Source: Octopus sinensis
Lineage: Eukaryota
Direction: 5' to 3'
DNA length: 30,859 nt
NCBI RefSeq assembly: GCF_006345805.1
Contig: NW_021832350.1
Coordinates: 1 to 30,859, forward strand
Made by a program: the position numbers and the translations under genes. The notes under the pieces are model-generated. The model searched no databases. It saw nothing but the letters and a program-made list of their open reading frames with translations, and had not been told where the DNA came from. Positions within the stretch are counted from its first letter, which is position 1; every line of letters begins with the position of its first letter. Shown here piece by piece: positions 20,792 through 30,859 of this stretch.

Positions 20792-22563
20792 ATTGCGCAA
20801 AATTCCATATTTACATCTTTACAAAATTCCTACGTCAAATTCCATATTTACATCTTTGCTGAAGAGTCTTACAGTTTCTATTAAGGAATCTGCCTCTTTT
20901 TTATTCTTATTAAAAAGCTTCAAATCATCCATGTAGAAAAAATAGTTAATATTTCCTTTACTGTTACTAAACTGATCCATTGCCTTTGCCTTTCTTAAGA
21001 CTACACTGAGGGGGATTAAACATCACACAAATATTAAAAGAGATAACGAGTCATCATGAAAAATTTCACTCTTGATGTTAACTTTCCCCCAAGACTGTGT
21101 CACCTGAGTAGAAATCTATTTTCCATTTCTTCATCCTATAGCTAATTAGCTCTCTTGTTTGCAATGCTGGATATTCCGAAACATTCACTTATCCATGAGA
21201 GTCGAATTATGTCATAGGTTTTCTTATAATCTCTCTATGCTATTGTTAGATTATTTTTTTTATTTCTAGATTTAACTACTTTGCCTATATTTAATAGATC
21301 GTACGTTCCTGTAGCCTTCTTCCTGCAACCTTTCTGCTCTTCTGGCCGCAAATTCTGGCTTTCGAGGTGATGATAAATGTTTTTCGAGAGTATTCCTGTT
21401 AGAAGCTTCCACACTATTGGTAAGCAAGTGATTCGTCTATAATTACTAGCTATATTGTCCTTGCTTTTGTTTTCCATAAGGAGTACTATTCTCCTTTTGG
21501 TCATCCAGCCAGGTATTACTCCTCCATTCAGGTTTCGAAACTTCTAGAATCTTTATATGAGCAGTTATATTAACCAATGGAAAAAAAAAACGAAAATGAT
21601 ATTTCTTCGGCAATACGACATTACGTCATATTGCCAATTCGGGCCACATTTCAAAATGGCTAAAATGGCTATTGCTACACAGGCATTACTGAAATTGTTC
21701 CCTCAGTTTCCATATAAGCTGCTACATTTCATTAACGTGTACCCTCGAACTAAATCTGGTTCTGCGCCTTTTCATTTCTGCATTCTTCCTAACACTTTAC
21801 TCATTAATATACTAGTTAGTTTTAGATATAGCTGCTTTTCATTAACTACTCCTTCGCTTATTGTCTTTAACCATGCTTCATCTCCATTATTCTCAACTGC
21901 TTATCACAAATATTACTCCAGTACTATCTTCTTCTGCTTTAGATTTTTCATCTTCCCTAGTTGCTTCTACACTATTTATTTGGCGCTGAAATCTCTGGTC
22001 TGTCGCAAACCATCTGTTCTGTTGATACTAATATATTCTTTACTGATATTTGGAAATCTTACCTCCTATTGCTATGATATGCTCTTTCAGCTCTTCTATG
22101 ACTATCCCAAACCAATTCCCTTTAAGTATTTTTCTCAAGAGAGGATTTTAATCTTGTTTCTCCTAGCTTGTCCTGTTTCTAGACTTGTATTCTAATCAGA
22201 TCTTGTTTTAAAGTCTTCATCTAATTTTCTCATCTCCCGTTTCACATCTGACCTTGAGGAATCCCTAGTCTTCTAGCAACTGCTACCCCCACTGAATAAA
22301 ACAATAAGTTGGTGTCACCTATATTTTTAGTATCTGTTCTACTGGTAACAAAATCTAATTTTCCAGTAATATCTAGCAACTTCCTTCCATTAACATATTT
22401 TTTAATGCTGGTAATCTTTTCTTCTTTCTTTACTCATTACTTCCCTCAACTCATCTAAAGTCTTCTAACCCTCCTCATTTTACTTTCTCATTTTGGTAGT
22501 GCTATTATTTTTTCAACTGCTTATACGCATAAAGTTTCCTAACCACTTTTCAACATATTCATT

Positions 22564-22736
22564 GCTCCAGGAGTGGTTGTGTGGTAAGTAGCTTGTTTAC
22601 CAACCACATGGTCCCGGGTTCAGTCCCACTGCGTGGCACCTTGGGCAAGTGTCTTCTACTATTATTGCCTCGGCCGACCAAAGCTTTGTGAGTGGATTTG
22701 GTAGACGGAAACTCAAAGAAGCCCATCGTATATATG

Positions 22737-22787
<51 letters not shown>

Positions 22788-23001
22788 AGCGTGTGTGTGT
22801 TTGTGTGTCTGTGTTTGTCCCCTAGCATTGCTTGACAACTGATGCTGGTGTGTTTATGTCTCCGTTACTTAGCGGTTCGGCAAAAGAGACCGATAGAATA
22901 AGTACTGGGCTTACAAAAGAATAAGTCCCGGGGTCGAGTTGCTCGATTAAAGGCGGTGCTCCAGCATGGCCTCAGTCAGATGACTGAAACAAGTAAAAGA
23001 G
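22564..23001 (+). mobile_element. SINE-A
   Basis: Matches family consensus. Confidence 0.92.
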
Positions 23002-23199
23002 TATACCTTTAGGTGTTGGTTTGGGCCTTTTTTACTTTTTAATTTTTGGGGGAAAACTACTAAAAATATACAAATTTTCTCTAAAATTATTGGCATTTCC
23101 ATGAATAGCTACTTCGATAAATGCTATTCGTCAAAGCATTCGTGAAGTTGCTACCACTACAAATACTAAACACTGTAGTCGTGTGCACGCTCCAGTTGC

Positions 23200-23405
23200 T
23201 ATGATGGGGTGCTGAAAAATTTCAAGCTTTGGGTAATTATTTAATTATGATTTTATTCAACATATTCCCCTCTCAGATTCACTCACTTAGAGCAGTCGTC
23301 CTTTAGTTTTAATTTTAAGCCCTGAAATGAACTCGGAAGGTTGAGCCTCCAACCAGGCCTTCCGTGAAACCTTTAAAGCCAGACACTTTCCAGGACCCCC
23401 TCGTG
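23200..23405. mobile_element. Mariner-derived MITE
   Basis: TA-flanked imperfect TIRs: tatgatggggtgctgaaaaatttcaagcttt / aaagccagacactttccaggaccccctcgtgta. Confidence 0.65.
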
Positions 23406-23467
23406 TATATGTATGCATGTATGCATGTATGTATGTATGTATGCATGCATGTATGCATGCATGCATG

Positions 23468-23501
<34 letters not shown>

Positions 23502-24020
23502 TGTATGCATGCATGCATGCATGTATGTATGTATGTGTGTATGTATGTATGTATGTATGTATGCATGCATGCATGCATGTATGTATGTATGTATGTATGT
23601 ATATATGTATGTATGTATGTATGCATGCATGTATGTATGTATGTATGTATGTATGTATGTACGTATGCATGTATGTATGTATGTGTGTATGTATGTATGT
23701 ATGTGTGTGTATGTATGTATGTATGTATGTATGTATGTATGTATGTATGTATGTATGTATGTATGCATGCATGTATGTATGTATGTATGTATGTATCTAT
23801 GCATGCATGCATGTATGTATGTATGTATGTATGTATGTATGTATGTATGTATGTATGCATGCATGCATGCATGTATGCATGTATGTATGTATCCATGTAT
23901 GTATGTATGTACGTATGTATGTATGCATGCATGTATGTATGTATGTATGTATGTATGTATGTATGTATGTATGTATGTATGTATGTATGTATGTACGTAC
24001 GTACGTATGTATGTATATAT
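23405..24020. repeat. ~615-bp compound (TATG/CATG/TACG)n tetranucleotide array
   Basis: Seen directly. Confidence 0.97.
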
Positions 24021-24056
24021 GTGTTTGTGTGCGCTCGCGCGAATGTGTACGTACAT

Positions 24057-24709
24057 ATGAGGAGTGCTGAAAAGTTCCTGGCTTTGGGTAAAAGAAATAC
24101 AGAAAGATCAGTTAATTATGATTTTATTCAACATACTCACCCCACACCTTTAGATTCACACACTTACTGGAGCAGACCTTCAGTTTTTCTAAGCCCTTTA
24201 AACGAAGTCGCAAGGTAGGCGCAGGAGTGGCTGTGTGGTAAGTAGCTTGTTTACCAACCACATGGTTCCGGGTTCAGTCCCACTGCGTGGCACCTTGGGC
24301 AAGTGTCTTATACTACAAGCCTCGGGCCGACCAAAGCCTTGTGAGTGGATTTGGTAGACGGAAACTGAAAGAAGCCTGTCGTATATATGTACATATATAT
24401 ATATGCGTGCGTGTGTTTGTGTGTCTGTGTTTGTCCCCCTAGCATTGCTTGACAACCGATGCTGGTGTGTTTATGTCCCCCGTTACTTAGCGGTTCGGCA
24501 AAAAGAGACCGATAGAATAAGTACTGGGCTTACAAAAAAGAATAAGTCCCGCCGGGGTCGAGTTGCTCGATTAAAAGGCGGTGCTCCAGCATGGCCGCAG
24601 TCAAATGACTGAAACAAGTAAAAGAGTAAAATATTAAAAGTGTAGGGCCTCCAAATGTGACCTTTCGTAATACCCTTAAAGACAGGAACTTTTCTGCAAC
24701 CCCTTCATA
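24057..24709. mobile_element. Mariner-derived MITE interrupted by SINE-A
   Basis: TIRs tatgaggagtgctgaaaagttcctggcttt / aaagacaggaacttttctgcaaccccttcata; internal sequence similar to the MITE at 23200. Confidence 0.7.
24217..24631 (+). mobile_element. SINE-A nested in the MITE
   Basis: Matches family consensus. Confidence 0.93.
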
Positions 24710-25119
24710 TGTAAATTACTAATCAAAAGCAAAACTTAGTTAAATTCTTCATGAAGCAACGCAGTTCAACATGTGATTATTTATTAAGTCGCCATTTTGG
24801 AAACTACATTATAACGTTTGCGTGAAAGCTTATAACGATAGCGTGTAATGTACCAGAATTGTTTTAGTGAGTACTGGACGGACAAAAATAGTATCATCAG
24901 AAAACGTTGCCAATATACTAAAAACCCAGCAACAGTTTTTCACTTGGCCTGCTTTTTACTTTTGCTGTGCACCTCAAACAAAGTCGATAAAACTGTCACA
25001 CGTCCACCGTTTGTTTTTCAAGTCAGAGAAACGAGCAGGAAACGGTCTGGAGGAAAAAAAACAATAAGTTGACCTGAAAAAAATAATAAAAAATTAAAAA
25101 AAAAAGGGTAGTGTTGTGT

Positions 25120-25211
25120 GTTTGGTGAGTACTGTATGTGGTGTGTGTGTGAATGGTGTGCATTCGTGTGCGCGTGCGTGAATGTGTGTGTGTGTGTGTG
25201 TGTATGTGTGT

Positions 25212-25250
<39 letters not shown>

Positions 25251-25308
25251 CGTGATTCGAGTGTAATCGTATGCAACTATTAATACCGTTATAATTGTGT
25301 GCGTGACG

Positions 25309-25359
<51 letters not shown>

Positions 25360-25702
25360 ATATATATAAGCAACGCACAACTTACCTACAGTGGCATATA
25401 TAAACAGGCACAAGCAATCACACGCGTACATACACACACACACGCGCGCACGTGCACGTGCACACATACACACGCATATATGCAAACATAGGCGTGTGCG
25501 CACATACCCCCAAGTACATACATACATGCATACATAAATACATACATACGCACACACACACACACACATATATATGTACATACATTATATAATATATATA
25601 TATATACATACATGCATATATATATATATATATTCATACATACATACATACATACATATATATATTCATACATACATACATACATACATATATGTGCATA
25701 CA

Positions 25703-25738
<36 letters not shown>

Positions 25739-25865
25739 TTCATACATACATACATATATATATTCATACATACATATATATATATATATATACATATATA
25801 TATACTATATAACATACTATATATATATATACTATATAAACATACTATACCTTCACGTGCATATG

Positions 25866-25899
<34 letters not shown>

Positions 25900-25935
25900 T
25901 GTATATGTGTATATATATGAACATATGCACGTGAA
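25120..25935. repeat. Microsatellite cluster: (TG)n, (GA)n, (CA)n, (CATA)n, (TA)n
   Basis: Seen directly. Confidence 0.9.
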
Positions 25936-26306
25936 GGTATAGTACGTTTATACCAGGTGATGATCAACTCTGCGCCTATGTTTTATGAAACTTACCTGTG
26001 AACAGGTGTTGCCGTCAGTCTCGTTTCTTTTTTTCTGATTATTTTATATATTTATTCACTATTCCATTTTGTTATTATTGCTCCTTGTCCTATTTTGTTT
26101 TTGTTATTATTTATGGTCCTAAGGTGCATTGAATGGCTCATTCGGTAAATCGTGCGAAAAAAAGCATTTTGTCACCACATATAGGTAGGTACTTAATTTT
26201 TTACGTGCAGTATTTCAAATCATGCTACAATCACTTTTTACCTTTTCATAGTCCTATTGGTCGCGTTGATAGAATAAAAGTGTTGAAGTTACGTATTCAG
26301 AGTGAA

Positions 26307-26658
26307 ATAAGGGGAGACCCCCCCACCCTTCGGTCATGGATGACCATAGGACTGCATCTAGAAAGTTACCCTCCGAGGCACAAGTCAGGGCAAGGCTGTT
26401 TATGGATGACCAACAGTCACCCATGCATACCAGCTTCCTCTCTCCATACCAATGATGTTATCCAAGGGAAAGGCAAAGGGGCCGATACAGCTTGACACCA
26501 GTGACGTCGCAACTCATTTCTACAGCTGACTAAACTGGAGCAACGTGAAATAAAGTGTCTTGCTCAAGAACACAACACTCAGCTCAGTCCGAGAATCGAA
26601 CTCACAACCTCACGATCTAACCACTCGACGCTCTTACCACTGAGTCATGCGCCTTCAC
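26307..26658 (-). mobile_element. SINE-D (CORE-like, tRNA-derived), 10-bp TSD TCAGAGTGAA
   Basis: Minus-strand head gtgaaggcgcatgactcagtggtaagag; CORE-like ttgagcaagacactttatttcacgttgctccag. TSD at 26297-26306 and 26659-26668. Confidence 0.85.
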
Positions 26659-26734
26659 TCAGAGTGAAGAAAGGGATTTTACCTGGTACTTTAGAAATTT
26701 TGTAAATTCACTCCCTGATCAACAGAGAAAATAT

Positions 26735-26933
26735 TAGTGTCTAACTTTGACACACGGCCAGTAGTTTCGCGGGAGGGAGTGAGTTGATTACTACTGGTAC
26801 TTATTTAATCGACCTCGAAATGATGAAATGCAAAGTCGGCTCCAGCCACATTCGAACACAGAACATAAAGACAGATCAAATACCGTTAAGGATTTTGCCC
26901 GTCACTCTAAAGATTCTGCCAGCTCGCCGTCTT
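26735..26933 (-). mobile_element. Diverged solitary SINE-C with a tail-Y-like end
   Basis: Head aagacggcgagctggcagaatc; body gcatttcatcatttcgaggtcgattaaataagtaccag. Confidence 0.75.
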
Positions 26934-27222
26934 TTATTTTTTCATGCGCCCTTTTCAAGCCTAACCAGGCTCATGGGCCTTGTTTCCCGGTTTCTATGGC
27001 GTATGTGCCCACCCCCAGCTGGGCAGGACGCCAGTCCATCGCAACGATACTCAAGTTGGGGTGTTAGAGTACAACAGGGGTCGCCACCACCCCCTGCCGG
27101 AGCCTCGTGGAGCTTTAGATGTTTTCACTCAATAAACACACACAGCGCCCGGTCTGGGAATCGAAACCGCGATCTTCCGACAGCGAGTCCTCTGCCCTAA
27201 CCACTAGGCCATTGCGCCTCCA
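26934..27222 (-). mobile_element. SINE-B (module ii) inserted at the SINE-C head, 14-bp TSD CAGCTCGCCGTCTT
   Basis: TSD at 26920-26933 and 27223-27236. Confidence 0.93.
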
Positions 27223-27342
27223 CAGCTCGCCGTCTTAAGCAGATTAAATACTTATGGTACGTTCTTCTCCACCACTCTCTCTAGCGTTTGTATATTTTGG
27301 CATAAATTAAATTTAAGATACCATTAGTATTTTCTCTGTTTA

Positions 27343-27475
27343 ACTTGGCAAGCTGGTAAAATTGCTTCAGTGCTGGACGAAATGCTTAGTAACTATTCTT
27401 ACGTTTTTACGTTCAGTGGTCGAATGCTGCCGGGGCTGACTTTACCTTTCATCCTTTTAAAGGTATCCGAAATAT
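27343..27475 (+). mobile_element. Old SINE-C-like 5' fragment
   Basis: ggcaagctgg...gacgaaatgcttag...gactttacctttcatcctttt. Confidence 0.6.
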
Positions 27476-27789
27476 CAGGAAATGGAGTTAAGCCAAACGA
27501 CGGATTATTTACACTCTTAAATGAACAATTCTCTCTCTCTAAAAATAAGAGGCAGTTGGAATTAAGTTGGAATCTAAGTGCACTGCATTTTGTAGCAGAA
27601 ACAGCTGTAACCTAATGAAGTTAATTGCATAGTTTCCTGTTCCTTTGTCATTTATTTAATTACATATTCACGCGCTCACTGTACCCAGTTAACGCCTCAT
27701 TCTGAACCATATCTGAAACAGTTCTAACACCAGGCTATCAGTATCGCTATACCTAAGCGGAACAACACCCCCCACACACACACGCACAC

Positions 27790-29100
27790 AAATAGCCAAA
27801 TGCTATGCAGTCATGTACCAACTTCTTCTTGTCACCTTGTCTGCTCAATCAAAACGTTGTCCTTCGAAGGACCAAACGGTGAAGGTCGGAGAATCCCAAA
27901 TCCAGACTTTACGGTCATTGGTAAACTGTTGCTCAACACCTATTGCCAGTTGTATTATTTGTTGCTAAACATGCGTGTGAATGTTGATATTTTCAGATTG
28001 CTCGGCATTTTCCTTCTAATGGCTTCTCTAGGAAATATCAGTCTCTCAATGTACCGCTCGTTGTTCATGACACAGCCACGTTCCAGAAAATCAAGAAAGA
28101 TGACATTCTTATTGTCCTGTAAAACAGCTACCATGACTTTCCTGTGTCTATTACTCTTAAATTCTTAAGTACTGGGAAAGGGGTGTGACGCCATTTCATA
28201 GACTCAGTCTTCATTTCCGCATTATAAAAATTTCAGCCGTTTCATACCGTCAGCAGATCAGAAAAAAAAAGCGCATCTTCGTCGGTTTTAAACGCTTCCA
28301 GTATATCAGAGGCTTACTCTAAACTTCTCTTCGTGAAGTCGGCTTTCAGTTGCAGGAGTACACAATGTTCATACATTTTTCCGTTACCCAAACATGTTAC
28401 AATCTTCTCTAATGCACAGTAATCACACTCGAATTGTGAAGCAAGCTTACGGATTGTGAGTCGTTTGTCCTTGCAAATATACTCGTTCAACTGATGGCCA
28501 TTCGTGTCGGTGGTCTACGGATGATACTCTTTTACTCTCTCTTTTACTCTTTTACTTGTTTCAGTCATTTGACTGCGGCCATGCTGGAGCACCGCCTTTA
28601 GTCGAGCAAATCGACCCCGGGACTTATTCTTTGTAAGCCTAGTACTTATTCTATCGGTCTCTTTTGCCGAACCGCTAAGTGACGGGGACGTAAACACACC
28701 AGCATCGGTTGTCAAGCAATGCTAGGGGGACAAACACAAACACAGACACACAATCATATACACACACACATATACATATACATATATAAGACAGGCTTCT
28801 TTCAGTTTCCGTCTACCAAATCCACTCACAAGGCATTGGTCGGCCCGGGGCTATAGCAGAAGACACTTGCCCAAGATGCCACGCAGTGGGACTGAACCCG
28901 GAACCATGTGGTTGATTAGCAAGCTACTTACCACACAGCCACTCCTGTGTAGTTTATCTTCAGTTCTGCTTTCATCTTCTTTAAACATCATAATCTCGCT
29001 TTGTGTAGATTGCTCTTGTTAATGACGTTAATCTCCGCGAACAACCTGTTGCCTTCTAAGATTTCGGACAGCCTGGACAAAGTTTTCTGAGATGCCGGAC
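27790..29100 (-). mobile_element. Mariner transposase remnant split by SINE-A
   Basis: Frameshifted FKEDESRTEDK..RRP (28950-28990 side), DKRLTIRKLA, MKWRHTP, KVMVAVLQDNKNVIFLDFLERGCVMNNERYIE; mariner HTH and DD34D-region motifs. Confidence 0.82.
28526..28947 (-). mobile_element. SINE-A nested in the mariner
   Basis: Reverse complement of the consensus. Confidence 0.93.
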
Positions 29101-29296
29101 ATCTTGCAACACCGCCTTCATCAGAAATCCAGCAATGGTATCATGTTTCTCCTTAAAACACACAATTTGCTTGCTTATTTGCAATGAAGATAGAAAGTAA
29201 GAAGTGTTATGATCGATTAAGGGTTACTCAACCAGCATGTGGAATTTGAACAACTTACATCAGTGAATAAAACAGTTATCTTTCGTCTTTCATCAA

Positions 29297-29490
29297 GTAC
29301 TTGTTTTAGTTTTTAGACTGCGGCTATGCTAGGGAGTCTCCTTGAAGAGTTTAGTCGAACAAATATCAACATCGTCTGGTACTTATTCTATCCGTGTCTT
29401 TTTGCCGAACCGGTAAGTTAAGGAGGCATAAAGAAAGCAACACCGACGGTCATGCAATGGTGGAAGACAAACAAAAACACACACACGCAC
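29297..29490 (-). mobile_element. Old SINE-A-related 3' half
   Basis: gactgcggctatgct...tttagtcgaacaaat...tacttattctat...ttttgccgaaccggtaagt. Confidence 0.65.
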
Positions 29491-29658
29491 GTATATTCAT
29501 ATATATATTTTTTTTTTTTTTTTTTTTTTATAGAAGGAGCTTCTACAGGACTAGAACTGTTTCATTCAAGAGAAATCTATATAATAAATTAATTTTACTC
29601 TGCTATGTATTGAGTACCTTATTTACTGTGGTTAACCCCGAATCAACCCGGGACCTAC

Positions 29659-29699
<41 letters not shown>

Positions 29700-29705
<6 letters not shown>

Positions 29706-29900
29706 AAAGTTTACGAAAAAAAAAAAAAAGTCGAAGACAGGTGGTGTACAAAACAAACAGAGTATTAGTATAACGCTCAGGAATAGAAAAAAGTATTTTA
29801 CGTTTCGAGTCTACGCTCTTCTACAGAAAAGTACACAGAAAAAAACAAGGAGAGAAACAAGGAGAAAAAAAATGGTGTAGTGGCTTAAACTATACATACA
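29700..29900 (-). mobile_element. Probable Penelope pseudo-LTR fragment with a degenerate hammerhead-like motif
   Basis: Minus strand CTGTAGA-A-GAGC-GTAG-ACTC-GAAACGTA (29826 to about 29799), flanked by (TA)n. Confidence 0.45.
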
Positions 29901-29916
29901 TACTATATATATATAA

Positions 29917-29957
<41 letters not shown>

Positions 29958-30325
29958 TATATATATATATATACAAATACATATACATAGTTACACGCGC
30001 ACACAATACACGCACACAATAAGTTGAATAAAATCAAAGCATGTTCTGAGTCCTTTTACTACAGTTGTCAAGATTTCAACTGTCAGTTAAATAAATTTTT
30101 GAAAAGCTGATGATTATTACGAACGTATGAAAGCGTTAATAAAAAAAACTTATGAACATTACAAAATATTTTTTTATGTTTAACAAACTTCAACATTAAC
30201 AAAAAAATATTTTTTAAATACCGTAATAAAAAAAATGTGAAAACCAGACCATGTTTTAACACTTTATTCAACTGATGTTGTATGGTGTATGCATGCGTGT
30301 TATATATATATATAGATATATATAG

Positions 30326-30357
<32 letters not shown>

Positions 30358-30859
30358 GTATATATATGTATATAGATGTATATATGTATATATGTATACA
30401 TGCAACATAAAGAATATTCCCCTTCTTCAGTTGTTCCTGTTTCATCTACTCCTAGTTTCGAAATCATGGACAATACGCGACTTCGTTGAAACAGTCCTTC
30501 CCGCAAAGCAAATTAAATAAAATTTGGGATTTTTTGCGGAGGGTGAAAGTGATAACAAGAACAGGACGACAGTAAGAAAAAAACAGTAAAAACAAACGGT
30601 GAGGGCTGTTATGCTTTAAAATGCGATAAATAAATGTTATTGGTCGAGGAAAAGATTAGACGTTTCCAAATCTGGTTCTGTATCAGATAACTGAAGCAAA
30701 TGTCGGACAGGAGTCAGTCAATATGGCTCTATTGTGTTGTGTAGTTCGCGAGGTAATGGTGAGCGAAATACCAGACGTGCATATTGCTAAGGTTTGAGAT
30801 ACAGCAGAAGAGTCTGATTCTGTCCCTCATTCTGTGTAAACGGTAGACGTGAATCCACC

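Larger units (their letters stand above)
18400..22540 (-). mobile_element. R4/Dong-clade non-LTR retrotransposon (RT, CCHC, RLE), decayed and interrupted by three insertions
   Basis: RT: SNYRRITCLPIVWKLLTGILS...PEEQKGCRK (21235-21504). CCHC: SECSMLAQMEYTKRHDNL...KWYEHEP (about 19150-19405). RLE: ARRRDLVV...IIDF...EKIAKYQDLAIELQRLWK...IPVVIGALGT (18452-18738). Confidence 0.88.

Noticed and set aside
23287-24218. Long ORFs such as MYVCMYVC.../HTYIHTYI... (also near 100, 2568-2913, 10443 and 25018-25942)
   Set aside because: Translations of microsatellites that lack stop codons; no sign of real coding.
30400-30859. Candidate exons near the window end
   Set aside because: Short frames with stops and no recognisable homology; the window edge limits assessment.

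Overview
An AT-rich eukaryotic window that is almost entirely repeats. I could not confidently identify any host protein-coding gene, so it is probably intronic or intergenic. The repeat repertoire looks molluscan, most like a coleoid cephalopod (Octopus); this is inference from recalled SINE families, not a database hit. It contains about 25 tRNA-derived SINE copies from four families (labelled here SINE-A to SINE-D). Decayed autonomous elements include a Penelope-like element with a GIY-YIG domain, a ~4 kb R4/Dong-type LINE carrying three nested insertions, two further restriction-like endonuclease (RLE) remnants, RTE and CR1/L2 fragments, and a mariner transposase. There are also mariner and hAT MITEs, a Helitron-like element, a 5'-truncated U6 retrocopy and many microsatellites. 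The most notable observations are: (1) a minimal type-I hammerhead ribozyme with a compensatory U3:A8 core pair at the end of the Penelope element; (2) two SINE-C arrays with the architecture head-(body-tailX)n-body-tailY joined at a GGTATTT microhomology, suggesting a self-targeting SINE, and lying as a large inverted repeat; (3) a ~68% GC island with TATA, ATG and splice-donor features that may be a first exon. All motifs were read by eye and boundaries of decayed elements are approximate.
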